DNA of 32,000 nt from Planctopirus limnophila DSM 3776 (GCF_000092105.1 NC_014148.1:2070001-2102000), one strand, 5' to 3'; shown: positions 13,960 to 24,076, numbered from the stretch's first letter. Translations and numbers: made by a program. The notes: generated from the letters alone by a model not told the origin.

Positions 13960-16900
13960 TCAATCAGTTACGACCGAGGAGGGCTCTTCGTCTTTTTGAA
14001 CCCTGTATAGGATCGCGTATATCGCTGGCATGACGAGCATGGTCAAGACACAGGCAAAAGAAAGTCCAAACATGATGCAGGCCGCCATCGCTGCAAAAAA
14101 CGGGTCTTTTGTCAGTGGAATCATGCCGAGCACAGTTGTGATGGCCACCATCAGCACAGGTCGAAGTTTACTGACCCCGGCATCAAGAATGGCTGCATAC
14201 TGAGACTTTCCTTCAGCTCGGGCCGTTTGAATTCGACTGAGAACCACAATCGAGTTCTTGATCTGCTCTCCACCAAGACTGAGCACACCGAGCAAGGCCA
14301 TAAATCCAAAAGGCTGCCCTGTGATCAACAACCCGGCCGTCACTCCAATGAGAGCCAGCGGAACGATCAACCAGACCAGGAGAGTCTGACGAATAGAGTT
14401 AAAGAGACAGACCACGATGAAGACCATGATGACCAACGCCATCGGCAATGGCTGCACCAAAGCGGCACGGGCATCGCTGGAGTCTTCATACTCACCGCCC
14501 CAGGTCATCGTGTAACCCGGTGGCAAAGGGATGGATTCGATCTGCTTACGAACTCTTTCAAAGAGTTGACTGGGCAACCCTGTTCGGGGATCCGCATGCA
14601 CCGTTACCGTTTCACGCCGGTTCCTGCGATGAATGATCGGATCTTCCCATTCCAGAGTCGTTCCTGAAACCACCTGGCTAAGTGGAATCATTCGTCCCGC
14701 GAGCGGGCTCCAGATCTGCATGCTCTGGATGGCATTGACATCGCTACGTTCATTGAGTGGGGGACGTGCAATAATTGGTAGTAACCGGGTTTCCTGCGGG
14801 AAAATCCCGCGACCACTCCCCCCCGGTTCCCGATAAAAGCCAACGACTCGACCTTCAAATCCCGATTGTAACGCCTCGGCGACCTCGACGCGGGTAATAC
14901 CATTTCGACGCGCCTGCTGTTCAAAAATCGCTGGTCGAAGCACGAGTTCGCGTTCACGCCAGTTCGTCCTGACGCACAGAGTATTCGGATCTTCTCGGAG
15001 AATTTTGACCGCTTGATCCGAAAGTTCGCGGAGCTTGGAGGCATCCGGGCCATCAAACCGTGCTTGAATTCGACCACCGGCCCCGGGGCCCAGCAGGAAC
15101 TTTTTCGCAATCGTGTTGGCATTGGGGTAATTCTGGTCGAGATGATTCTGAATCGTGTTGATCAATCCCGCGATCTGTGTGGCATCATCGACATCGACCA
15201 GAAACTGAACGAAAGCACGATTTTCCCGCTCTGGACTATAGACCAGAAGAAACCGCAATCCACCGCCACCAACGAACGATGTCACATGCTGCACGGAAGG
15301 TTGTTTTTGAATGTAATTCTCGATTTCCTCAGCAAATGCCTCAGATTCGAGAATGTGCGTCCCGGAAGGCAGAAAACAGTCCACCATGAACTGTGGTCGT
15401 GTGGCTGGAGGGAAGAAACTCTGGTCAACGAATCTGAAGGCATACACGGAGCCGATAAACCCGAGGATCGAGACCGCCACGACACCCCAGCGAAACCGCA
15501 GGCAAAACTCGAGGAGTTTACGGTATGTCTGAAAGAAGATTCCGCCATAAGGATCAGCTGCTTTTTCAGAGCCATTAGGCTGTTTCGTTTTTGCCAGAGG
15601 TGAGAACGATAAGTAACTTAACAGAGGAGTGATCGTGATCGAGGAGACCCAACTCAGGCTGAGTGAAATCAGAATCACCCAGAAGAGTGAATTGCAATAC
15701 TCACCCGTCGAGTCTTCCGAGAGTCCAATAGCGGCAAAAGCAATGACACCAATCGCGGTGGCACCGAACAGCGGCCATTGATTCTGAGAAACCACTTCGC
15801 GCACGGCCTGGAGTTTGTCGTCTCCCCCTTCAATGCGGACCTTAATCCCTTCAATCACAATGATCGCATTATCTGTCAGCATGCAGAGTGCGATGATGAG
15901 TGCTCCCAGCGAGATCCGCTCCATGAGCAATCCACCGACCAAATACATGACGAGGAATGTCGCCATAATCGTGAGGAATAGAACCGCACCAATAATCAGG
16001 CCTGTCTTGCGACCCATGGCGAAGAGCAGCACAACGAAGACAATCGTGACAGCCTTGGCCAGATTAAAGATGAAATCATTCGTGGCAATCGTGACGGCTT
16101 CGGGCTGGAAATTGATATCACCTATTTCAATCCCCAGCGGTTGATCACTTTTGAGTGAGTTCAGTTTATCGCGAACTCCGTAGCCCATCGTCACAACGTT
16201 TCCACCTTGAACTGTGGAAATGCCAATCCCTACAGCTGGTTGACCATCGTAGCGCAGAATTCTTCGGGGAGGATCTTCGTAACCTCTTTGGATATCCGCA
16301 ACATCCCGCAGGCGAAGCTGGCGACCAGAACTGTCGGAATTGATCACGATATCGAGCATCTCTTCAGCCGAATTCAACGCTCCTTCGGGATCGATGGCCA
16401 AGTGCTCTTCACCGACACGAATTCGTCCACCGTCGGCTGCGATGTTTTTCGATTGCAACAGGCTGTAGATCTGCTGCTCGTTAATCCCCAGTTGAGAAAG
16501 TCGTTGTCGGGATATTTCCAGAAAGACGACTTCCTGCTGGGGACTGAAAAGATCGACTTTTTTCACTCCCGGGACAGTGAGCAATTCCCGGCGTAAAAAC
16601 TCCGAGTACCGGCGAAGTTCTGGTTGAGTGAAACCTTCACCAGAAACCGCCAGAAAGATGCCGTAAACATCCCCAAAGTCATCGACGACGAGTGTTCGCC
16701 CGCGGACAGAGGGTGGAAGCTGGCTCTGAACATCGTTGATTTTGCGGCGGAGTTCATCCCAGACCTGGGGAATGGAAAAGCGGTCGTAACGATCCTGAAT
16801 GACAGCCGTGACCACTGAACGACCGCGGACAGATTCGGATTCGACACGCAGCAGTTGCCCCATTTGCTGGCAGGCAGCTTCGATGGGGTTGGTGACTTCT

Positions 16901-17082
16901 TTCGCCACTTCCTCGGCACTGGCACCGGGGTAGGGGGTGATGATCAAAGCTTCTTTGATGGTGAATTCGGGGTCTTCGAGCCTGCCCAGTCTTTCATAAG
17001 CGACGATGCCTCCGAGCAGGATGAAGAACATCGAAACGAAGAGCACACGATTATTGCGAACGGAAAATTCACCGATATTCAT
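13960..17082 (-). CDS. RND efflux transporter permease (AcrB/HAE1-type)
   Basis: 1040 aa with the expected 12-TM architecture. N-terminus: FSVRNNRVLFVSMFFILLGGIVAYERLGRLEDPEFTIKEALIITPYPGASAEEV. Its ATG overlaps the adaptor gene stop (ATGA at 17079-17082). Confidence 0.95.
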   Translation of the reverse strand: MNIGEFSVRNNRVLFVSMFFILLGGIVAYERLGRLEDPEFTIKEALIITPYPGASAEEVAKEVTNPIEAACQQMGQLLRVESESVRGRSVVTAVIQDRYDRFSIPQVWDELRRKINDVQSQLPPSVRGRTLVVDDFGDVYGIFLAVSGEGFTQPELRRYSEFLRRELLTVPGVKKVDLFSPQQEVVFLEISRQRLSQLGINEQQIYSLLQSKNIAADGGRIRVGEEHLAIDPEGALNSAEEMLDIVINSDSSGRQLRLRDVADIQRGYEDPPRRILRYDGQPAVGIGISTVQGGNVVTMGYGVRDKLNSLKSDQPLGIEIGDINFQPEAVTIATNDFIFNLAKAVTIVFVVLLFAMGRKTGLIIGAVLFLTIMATFLVMYLVGGLLMERISLGALIIALCMLTDNAIIVIEGIKVRIEGGDDKLQAVREVVSQNQWPLFGATAIGVIAFAAIGLSEDSTGEYCNSLFWVILISLSLSWVSSITITPLLSYLSFSPLAKTKQPNGSEKAADPYGGIFFQTYRKLLEFCLRFRWGVVAVSILGFIGSVYAFRFVDQSFFPPATRPQFMVDCFLPSGTHILESEAFAEEIENYIQKQPSVQHVTSFVGGGGLRFLLVYSPERENRAFVQFLVDVDDATQIAGLINTIQNHLDQNYPNANTIAKKFLLGPGAGGRIQARFDGPDASKLRELSDQAVKILREDPNTLCVRTNWRERELVLRPAIFEQQARRNGITRVEVAEALQSGFEGRVVGFYREPGGSGRGIFPQETRLLPIIARPPLNERSDVNAIQSMQIWSPLAGRMIPLSQVVSGTTLEWEDPIIHRRNRRETVTVHADPRTGLPSQLFERVRKQIESIPLPPGYTMTWGGEYEDSSDARAALVQPLPMALVIMVFIVVCLFNSIRQTLLVWLIVPLALIGVTAGLLITGQPFGFMALLGVLSLGGEQIKNSIVVLSRIQTARAEGKSQYAAILDAGVSKLRPVLMVAITTVLGMIPLTKDPFFAAMAACIMFGLSFACVLTMLVMPAIYAILYRVQKDEEPSSVVTD

Positions 17083-18422
17083 CGTGTGCTCCCTTCGCTG
17101 GTCGAGGGAGTCGAAGCGAGGCTGTCTCCCAGATCACGAACCTGCATTCCTGGGCGGAGAAACTTGACACCGGCGACAGCAATTCGATCACCCGGGGCCA
17201 GGCCTTCGAGGATTTCGATATCACTGCCAGTGGCTGAACCCACTTTGACTTCTCGTGATTGAGCTTTTAACTCTTCATCGATGAGCCAGACAATCTGCTT
17301 CCCTGCTTCTGACTGACTGAGTGCTGTCACTGGTACGAGGAGAGGACTGCTTCCTAAGACTTCGGCTCGGCGGTAGGTGGCGAGAATGTTGGCAGTCATT
17401 CCCGGAAGAACTTGCAGTCCTGACGGTGTCTGCATGCCTACTCGAACAGTGAATGTCTGTGTGACCGGGTCGGCCACTTGTCCGATCTCGCGAATCCTCA
17501 CAGGAAAGGCCACGCCGGGTGCACCGCTGATCGTGGCAGAGAGCGAGACGATGTCGGCCCGGGTGATGTCTGCCACCATGACTGTCTCGGGAACATCCAC
17601 CAGGATTTCGACTTCATCAACATCCTGAAAGCGGACGACTGGCTCTTTGGCCCTCACATTCTGGCCCTGTTCAACAAATCTCTGAGCAATCACACCATCG
17701 TAAGGAGCTCGGAGCGTGCTGTCCTGAAGATTGAGGTTTGCCTCCACCAGTTGAGCTTCCAGCCCGCGAATCATGGCTTCTTGTGATTGAATATCTTCTT
17801 CTCGACCAATGCTTCCTGCCGCAACAAGTTGCTCGGCAGCCTTGAGCTCTTCCTGAGCGACACGGTAAGCCGCTTCCGACATTTCGTACTGAGCCCGAGT
17901 GACCACATTGGTGGTGACGAGACGCGTGTTGCGTTCGTGCTCTGTTCGTGTTTTCGACAGGCGGGCCTGAGCAGCACGCACCTGGGCCTCACGCCGGAGA
18001 CGTTCTTCGGCCCGTTCACCCTGCATCAGTGCTGCCAGTCCTGCGCGTGCCTGATCGAGCTGGCTCTGCAGAGTGGCAACTCGTGCCTTGAATTCATCCT
18101 GACGTAATTGACCGATGAGTTCGCCTTTGGCGACGCGCTGACCTTCCTTAACGGGAAGATCAACCAGTAATCCGGAAACCTGAAAGGCAAGTTCAACCCG
18201 TTGAGAGGCTTCGACTTTGCCAGGAAATGTGCGACTACGAAGATCTGCCACTGAAGTAATGACTTGAGTCTTCACCGGACGCGGCCCGACGTTGATGATC
18301 TTTGTCTGGGGTGAACAACTGGCGGCAAGGCAGATCATCGAGCAGAGGATTAAGACATGAGAAGATTTCGGCAACGAGAATGTGCCCAGACTCAACCGGT
18401 TTGAGTTCAAGAGTCGCTTCAT
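17079..18422 (-). CDS. RND efflux periplasmic adaptor (membrane fusion protein), lipoprotein
   Basis: Start placed at MKRLLNSNRLSLGTFSLPKSSHVLILCSMICLAASC (signal peptide plus Cys). Also present: a coiled-coil hairpin rich in A/Q/R/E, a barrel-sandwich motif STLRAPYDGVIAQRFVEQGQNV, and a C-terminal beta domain. Confidence 0.9.
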   Translation of the reverse strand: MKRLLNSNRLSLGTFSLPKSSHVLILCSMICLAASCSPQTKIINVGPRPVKTQVITSVADLRSRTFPGKVEASQRVELAFQVSGLLVDLPVKEGQRVAKGELIGQLRQDEFKARVATLQSQLDQARAGLAALMQGERAEERLRREAQVRAAQARLSKTRTEHERNTRLVTTNVVTRAQYEMSEAAYRVAQEELKAAEQLVAAGSIGREEDIQSQEAMIRGLEAQLVEANLNLQDSTLRAPYDGVIAQRFVEQGQNVRAKEPVVRFQDVDEVEILVDVPETVMVADITRADIVSLSATISGAPGVAFPVRIREIGQVADPVTQTFTVRVGMQTPSGLQVLPGMTANILATYRRAEVLGSSPLLVPVTALSQSEAGKQIVWLIDEELKAQSREVKVGSATGSDIEILEGLAPGDRIAVAGVKFLRPGMQVRDLGDSLASTPSTSEGSTR

Positions 18423-18623
18423 GATGAGTTGAATTCCCAGAGGTTTCGGTACTTGATTGGCCCGAAACTGGCAGAGATTTGGATGCATGCAAACTTGGGA
18501 CTGGCCTGAGTTCGATCCTATCGAACTCGACATAAGCTAAGGTGCTGTAACCCGAGTTGGAAAGTCTCTGTCTCTGGAATTTCGTGACGGAGTCAGTTTT
18601 AAGACCATTCTTCACAGAAAAAT

Positions 18624-19359
18624 TTACCGATCGAGATCAACAGAGAAGGTCGGGCTTCCTCCCATGGGGAGCAATGGTCGAAAGCGAGTCAACTTCTGAC
18701 GCATCGCATTTCCGCCGGGATAGAAGGCGAAGCCCAGAAATGCATCGACCGTCCCGGAATCTGCCGGCATCATCAGATTCGTCTCACCATAGAGCGACCA
18801 GTAATCACTGAGAGGGCACATCACTCTGGCCCCTAAAATCGGCATAGCACTCGTACGGTCATCCTGTGGAAACACGAGGACTTCCTGGCCATGACTTTCA
18901 CAGACGCCAACCCAGACCGCTGTCTCAGCCGCTGTCGGCCATACATGATTCCAGTAGACGTTGATCTGATTGATGGCTTGGAGTTGAACTGTGGTCGCAC
19001 CAATCACTGCATCATCCGTCATACCTCGAAGTGTTGACCACACTCCAATCTCGTTGGATTCATTGAGTTCATAGCCCGCTTGAAAACGCCACTGGCTGAG
19101 AAAATTACTGTCGTAATACTCCTGATAGAGGAAGTCGTGTCCGGCCCCCCCAGTTGATGCCGTTGGACAGTCTCTGAAAGACACCGACCGTCGTAAAGAA
19201 CTGAGTCCGACCTTCCGTTCCATCAACTGTTTCGAGGACTGCGACTGCATTACCGGCAGCGACAACGGCAGGTCCAATTTGTGTACCAAGTCCCCAGAAT
19301 GCAGTGTCGAGACAAAGCTTGCCGACAGTCTGCGGTAGTTGGGGGTCAAACCAGGTACC
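18624..19359 (-). pseudogene. remnant of a beta-strand-rich (outer-membrane-barrel-like) planctomycetal protein. It lacks a start and signal peptide and is frame-shifted at a 7-nt run
   Basis: The downstream part (frame of the tracked 338-aa ORF) reads HDFLYQEYYDSNFLSQWRFQAGYELNE...VDAFLGFAFYPGG. The upstream part makes sense only in another frame: WFDPQLPQTVGKLCLDTAFWGLGTQIGPAVVAAGNAVAVLETVDGTEGRTQFFTTVGVFQRLSNGINWGG. The two frames meet at the C7 run 19145-19151, and 7->6 joins them. The upstream frame has no ATG or GTG start. Confidence 0.4.
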
Positions 19360-19362
19360 ACT

Positions 19363-19755
19363 TCACTCGGACACGATTTCGTGAACTTTTCGCACGCCGC
19401 CCAACTGGTAGAAGACCTCAATAGTCTGTGCAATTCCGAGGATCCGGGCCAGAAGAGGAATTTCTTCTCCTTTGGGTCTGTCTGGTTGCCCTTGTCCGTT
19501 CCAGTGCTCATCAAGACACCGAATCGCAAGGGCTGTGGATTCGGAGAATCCCAGATCACGAGCAATCTGGGCACCGCGTTCACAACGTGATTCGACCAGT
19601 TTTCTTGCACCTTCCGGGCCTGTAGCGAACAGGGCGGCAACCTTCAGGATTTTCTGAAGTGGCGAAGCTTCAGGGGCCACGTGTGCCCAACTGAAACTGA
19701 AACAGGCTTGCATTTTTGTCCAGTCGATCGACTTCTGATCCATCGATCCGGCCAA
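19363..19755 (-). pseudogene. degenerate HD-GYP-like domain fragment
   Basis: GAQIARDLGFSESTALAIRCLDEHWNGQGQPDRPKGEEIPLLARILGIAQTIEVF matches the C-terminal half of HD-GYP domains (HHE.WDG.GYP..L.GEEIPL.ARI..VAD.FDA), but the catalytic residues are replaced. There is no HD motif upstream. The TGA at 19360-19362 is followed in frame by SGTWFDPQL, which resembles the usual ..G.QFDP.L end of the domain. Confidence 0.4.
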
Positions 19756-20011
19756 AGAGGTGGCTATTCGTTCTTGCCAATGACATGGGCCCGAAAGTTC
19801 CGTAGACAGACATCCACAGATCAGCCGGGCCCTGAGTTCAACAGGAGAAGCTTACTTTTGAGATTGTCGTCTGTGATGACTTCTGCTCGGAGAACGTTCA
19901 GAATTCACTCAGGCCGGCCACCTTTATCGAATCTGACAGGCTTTCAGGTTTACATGAGGTTTGCCAGCTCGACAAATTCAAAAAACTGCATATTTTATGG
20001 CGAACTTATAC

Positions 20012-20046
20012 AAAAAGGGGCCGATCCCTTTCGAGACCGGCCCCTT
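20012..20046 (-). terminator. rho-independent terminator of the sigma factor gene
   Basis: Read on the minus strand: AAGGGGCCGG, a loop, then CGGCCCCTT followed by TTTTTG. Confidence 0.8.
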
Positions 20047-20104
20047 CTCCTCGCATGGCATGTTTTCGAGTTGTTCATATGAAAGCAATCGACGACGAAG
20101 CGGC

Positions 20105-20977
20105 TTATTCACCGAGAATTCGCTTGGCGATTCGCTTGAGAGCTTCCGATTCGATCTGGCGGACTCGTTCACGAGTGAGTCCCATTTCCTCGCCGATCTC
20201 TTTCAGTGTTTTGGGCTCGGAATCATCCAGGCCAAAACGCAATCTCAAGATTTTCGCTTCCCGCTCATCCATGGTTTCGAGCATGGCATAAACGTGCTTG
20301 AGATTATCGACATCGAGCAATTCATCATCCGGGCCTTTGACCCGCTCATCAGCGACCATATCCGACATCATCCAGCCCGATTCTTCGTCGTCGGTCTGAG
20401 GCGTCGAACTGTAGAGGTGAATCGCTTTTTTAACGATGGAGAGCTTCTTTTTTGGTAGCCCCAGTTCGATGGCAACTTCTTCCTGCGTAGGCGGCCGCTT
20501 GAACTGATCTTCCAGCTTGGCGGTTGCTTTTCGCCACTTGGAAAGGAGTTCCACCATATACGCGGGAATGCGGATGGTTTTGCCGCAGTTGATCAAGGCA
20601 CGTTTGATCGACTGTTTAATCCAGTAGCTGGCATAGGTGCTGAACCGGGTGTTCATGTCCGGGTCGAAACCTTCGACCGCACGAAGCAAGCCCAGATTTC
20701 CCTCTTCGATCAAATCCTGGAGGGGAAGACCTTTACCAACGTAAGCCCGGGCAATGTTGACAACCAGGCGGAGATTGGCGCGAACCATGCGGTCACGGGC
20801 CTCCTTCTCGCCATTGGCAATCCGATTAGCCAGCTCCCGCTCATCGCGAGCCGTCAGCAGGGCAGTCTCGTTGATTTCCCGAAGATATGTTTCGAGGGGT
20901 GTCTGAACTGCTGAACTGCCGCTGGCAATACTGCCACCAGCGTCATCAAGAAACGAAAGACTCAAAGATTTTGACAT
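20105..20977 (-). CDS. RNA polymerase sigma-70 family factor (RpoD/SigA-like, regions 1.2-4)
   Basis: Region 1.2: YLREINETALLTARDERELA. Region 2: NLRLVVNIARAYVGKGLPLQDLIEEGNLGLLRAVEGFDPDMNTRFSTYASYWIKQSI. Region 4: REAKILRLRFGLDDSEPKTLKEIGEEMGLTRERVRQIESEALKRI. Confidence 0.9.
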   Translation of the reverse strand: MSKSLSLSFLDDAGGSIASGSSAVQTPLETYLREINETALLTARDERELANRIANGEKEARDRMVRANLRLVVNIARAYVGKGLPLQDLIEEGNLGLLRAVEGFDPDMNTRFSTYASYWIKQSIKRALINCGKTIRIPAYMVELLSKWRKATAKLEDQFKRPPTQEEVAIELGLPKKKLSIVKKAIHLYSSTPQTDDEESGWMMSDMVADERVKGPDDELLDVDNLKHVYAMLETMDEREAKILRLRFGLDDSEPKTLKEIGEEMGLTRERVRQIESEALKRIAKRILGE

Positions 20978-21924
20978 TTTTTAGGGCTCTGCCGCTGAGG
21001 GTGTCAGGGGATGGCACGTTGTCGGCAGACTGCTCTCAGGCTGCCACTCGGTGTCGCAGAGCGCTGGAATTGAGTCCCACTGCATTCAAACAGGCACAGC
21101 CCCGAATCATCCGGCGGCTTGCGGCCCCTCATGTCGCAGATCTGAGTTCATCAGATCGACCCTCGACATGGGCCAGCTTTGTCATCCTGTTCGCTTCCAA
21201 CACTGATCGACGCTTTGTCTGCCTATGTATATCGACAGGAGGGGGGGAGAATTCGCGGTCTTCTCTCGAAAAATGGCTGTTCCGGTTAGTGAAACCAGGC
21301 AAGAGAGCTAGTCGTGCGGGGCGTAAGGGACGTGCGGGCGCGCCGTCAAATTCTTCGCACATTTCGTAATCGCGCGACTTGACAATGTGTCAATCGTGAG
21401 CCTCCTGCATTCGCAGACACGTCTGTGGCGTTGTCGAAACGTTTCAACATCTTTGCAACGGACAATCGCGCAGGCTTCGAGACTCTAGTTGATTTCACAA
21501 GTCCAAACCAATGAGCATCCGTCGTGCCGTATTGTCGAAATCACCGGGATCAACCAAGGCTTAAAAGAATCAATATCTTCAGTAACCGTCATAATCGGAA
21601 AATCACTGAAAAACGGTGTCATGTGCGCAGTAGCACCTCCAGTCTCCTCCAGCTCAGCCAATAAGCAGAGTCTGTGATGATCTGGAAACTGACACGGAAG
21701 GCCCAGGACGGTTATGCCATCCGAAGGGCTCTTCCAAGAAATGTGATGAAAAATGATCTGCTGATCTGGTTTCTCCCTGCCGTGATGCTTGGCACTCAGT
21801 AGCTGCTTATGGACTTACCGCCCTATCTCATAGTGCTTGATTGCATGGTTGGAACTTCTTCGAGTGACCAACCAATGTCTCATCCAGATGGCCCGGCAAC
21901 AGATGAAGATCGGCACGAAATTGC

Positions 21925-21969
21925 AAAAAAGGGAAAGGCCCGCTGCAAGCATGTCGCAGCGAGCCTTTG
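21925..21969 (-). terminator. rho-independent terminator of 22001..22417
   Basis: Read on the minus strand: AAAGGCTCGCTGC, a loop, then GCAGCGGGCCTTT followed by CCCTTTTTTGC. Confidence 0.75.
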
Positions 21970-22000
21970 CGATTCAGGATGATCTGGAAACCGATTGAAC

Positions 22001-22417
22001 TCATTCCGCCTTGGGCTTGATCCCCGCCAGGTCGAAATTGATGACATTTTCCCCACTGATCACTGCGGCGGATTTTTCAGGGAGGTACATCACCGGAGGT
22101 GGCACCGGCTTGGATTCATCGGTCGAAAGCTCTTCAATGACGATTTTGACTTTACTCATGCCGACAGGCGCTCCTTTGAGGCCACCTGTGTAAGTCAAAC
22201 TGTATTCCCCTTGATCGTTGGTGCGGCCAGTGGCAGCGGCGCCACTTTTCTCTCCCTCAGGAGTGAAAACAATCGTGGCATTGGTCACCGGTGTCGTCCC
22301 TTTGGTAATCACGCCTGTGACTTGTCCCAGATCTGGCGTATCTGATGCTCCTGAACAGCCCATCAAAACCAAGGACACAAACAACGGGGAAATGCAACAG
22401 AATGTTCGAGCAGTCAC
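22001..22417 (-). CDS. small lipoprotein with a carboxypeptidase-regulatory-like (all-beta) domain, partner of the upstream DUF1559 gene
   Basis: GTG start with AAGGAG 12 nt upstream. Signal peptide plus lipobox: MTARTFCCISPLFVSLVLMGC. GVITKGTTPVTNATIVFTPEG....TGRTNDQGEYSL is the CarboxypepD_reg-type pattern. Confidence 0.7.
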   Translation of the reverse strand: MTARTFCCISPLFVSLVLMGCSGASDTPDLGQVTGVITKGTTPVTNATIVFTPEGEKSGAAATGRTNDQGEYSLTYTGGLKGAPVGMSKVKIVIEELSTDESKPVPPPVMYLPEKSAAVISGENVINFDLAGIKPKAE

Positions 22418-22555
22418 TTCTTAAAAAACTCCTTGAGGCAGAGATCCGACTGGGAGGAGGTGAACTCTCAGTGGTGAAGATCCGTAATACAAAGATAACA
22501 GGAGGCCCAGCCACCTGAGACGGGCAGAGATGGTAAACCAACCCCTGCAATGAGA

Positions 22556-22586
22556 AGGGATTGATTGCACGTTGCAATCAATCCCT
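22556..22586 (-). terminator. perfect 14-bp hairpin between the DUF1559 gene and its lipoprotein partner (terminator/attenuator)
   Basis: AGGGATTGATTGCA cgt TGCAATCAATCCCT. On the minus strand it is followed by TCTCATTGC, a weak T tract. Confidence 0.5.
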
Positions 22587-22613
22587 CGTCTATTGAGGCA
22601 ATCTCAACGTTGA

Positions 22614-23702
22614 TTAAAACTCGCCTGAAACCCAGCTGTCGTTGCGGCGACAGATGCCATCCACAACGACTGTTCCGACATTCTGGGAAATAAATCGCAC
22701 AGAACCATCGGCCATCAGGAAGTGGGCACCGCCCGTGTGCTCCGAGTTGAACGTCGAGTGCAACAATCCACCGCTGTCCGAAGGTCCAAAATTATTGACA
22801 CCCACGATGTTGGAGGTCGGAACATCCCAATTGATCAGAGCGGGAGAGCGGGGGGATGTGTAGCCGCCAATTCGAGAGAAGAGGTCGTTGCCTGCTGACC
22901 AGGCGCCACCACGGTGATTGGATGAACGGTAATCGAGAGGGGTCGTGCCGCCCGTTTGACGCATCGCTTTACCCTGCTCTGAGACCATTGCGGTGTTGGA
23001 TGTGCCATCGACAACCTTAGCAATGGTCACAGGATTAATCATCGCACCGTAAGGAACGCTGTAGCCTGGAAAGGGATTGCTGAAGAATGCCTGATCGACC
23101 GATGGGACAATGATCCCATTTCCAACCATCTGGCCATAGCCTGTCCAAGCGGCTTGTGTACGGGCATCCCCGGCTGTGTTGTAGGCACCGCAGATGCCGA
23201 CGTAGTTTGTGATCTGCACGGTGATGGAGTTGACCGCAGAAGCTCCCGGGAGTGCACGAGTATTGGCCGTTGTCGCTGATGTACGACTGGTCGGCAGAGT
23301 GCTGGAAGGACAATTGAGTCCTGGCACCATCAGGCCGTTCTTCACTTCCCAACTGCGATCGGCTCCGGAGGTTCCGTGAAAGTCAGATCCTGAAAAAACC
23401 ATGCGATTGAATGCAGGTGCCTGATCCATCATGGGTAAGACGCGCACGAACCACGAGCAAGACTTATTGAGATTGGCCCCTGATCCTTCAGGCATAAAGG
23501 CAGCAATCGGGAACATTCCAGCCACGTCATGATAATTGTGAATCGCCAATCCCAACTGCTTCAAATTGTTGCGGCACTGTGTGCGGCGAGCCGCTTCGCG
23601 GGCCTGCTGAACAGCAGGCAAAAGCAGGGCAATCAAAATCGCAATGATGGCAATCACCACCAGCAACTCGATCAACGTAAATCCATTTTTCCGTTGCATC
23701 AC
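22614..23702 (-). CDS. DUF1559 protein with prepilin-type N-terminal cleavage/methylation motif and C-terminal H-X9-DG motif
   Basis: N-terminus: [59 protein letters not shown]. Also [11 protein letters not shown], and near the C-terminus [18 protein letters not shown]. Confidence 0.9.
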   Translation of the reverse strand: MMQRKNGFTLIELLVVIAIIAILIALLLPAVQQAREAARRTQCRNNLKQLGLAIHNYHDVAGMFPIAAFMPEGSGANLNKSCSWFVRVLPMMDQAPAFNRMVFSGSDFHGTSGADRSWEVKNGLMVPGLNCPSSTLPTSRTSATTANTRALPGASAVNSITVQITNYVGICGAYNTAGDARTQAAWTGYGQMVGNGIIVPSVDQAFFSNPFPGYSVPYGAMINPVTIAKVVDGTSNTAMVSEQGKAMRQTGGTTPLDYRSSNHRGGAWSAGNDLFSRIGGYTSPRSPALINWDVPTSNIVGVNNFGPSDSGGLLHSTFNSEHTGGAHFLMADGSVRFISQNVGTVVVDGICRRNDSWVSGEF

Positions 23703-24034
23703 AATTCTCTTTCAAACAGGTAAGAAGAACTCCAAAAAACAAAAGCTCGGAGCAATGAATAGCAAGCACAGCGAATATTGTGCCATGCTTCTTGTGACAA
23801 AATCGTCTATAAACTTGATTGATCATGCACACACAACTCATTGTAGAAAACAACTTAGGATGACGAATAATTGAAAACACCTACATCATGAATCACCGAT
23901 TACATTGATCATATGCACCTGAAAATTCTTCTGGATTCTGTCTCTCATCAAGCACTGCCGTTAATCGATTGCGAGATAATTGGGCATGACAACTGCTGAC
24001 TGCGCAGCATTGAAACAACCACGACTCCATAAAC

Positions 24035-24076
24035 AAAAAGGCCGTCCGACAACCTGTAAGTTGTCGGACGGCCTTT
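24035..24076 (-). terminator. rho-independent terminator of rpsA
   Basis: 17-bp stem AAAGGCCGTCCGACAAC / GTTGTCGGACGGCCTTT. On the minus strand it is followed by TTGTTT. Confidence 0.85.

Noticed and set aside
18624-19640. The tracked 338-aa ORF as one intact protein
   Set aside because: Its N-terminal 160 residues overlap the HD-GYP-like frame and read as low-quality Ser/Pro/Leu-rich sequence. The meaningful upstream sequence is in another frame, joined at the C7 run.
20887-21677. ORFs 20887..21369 (+), 21129..21362 (-) and 21489..21677 (+) as genes
   Set aside because: Their composition is Arg/Ser/Ala-rich or irregular, their starts are non-ATG, they have no SD, and they overlap each other and the sigma gene start. 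The region is treated as non-coding.
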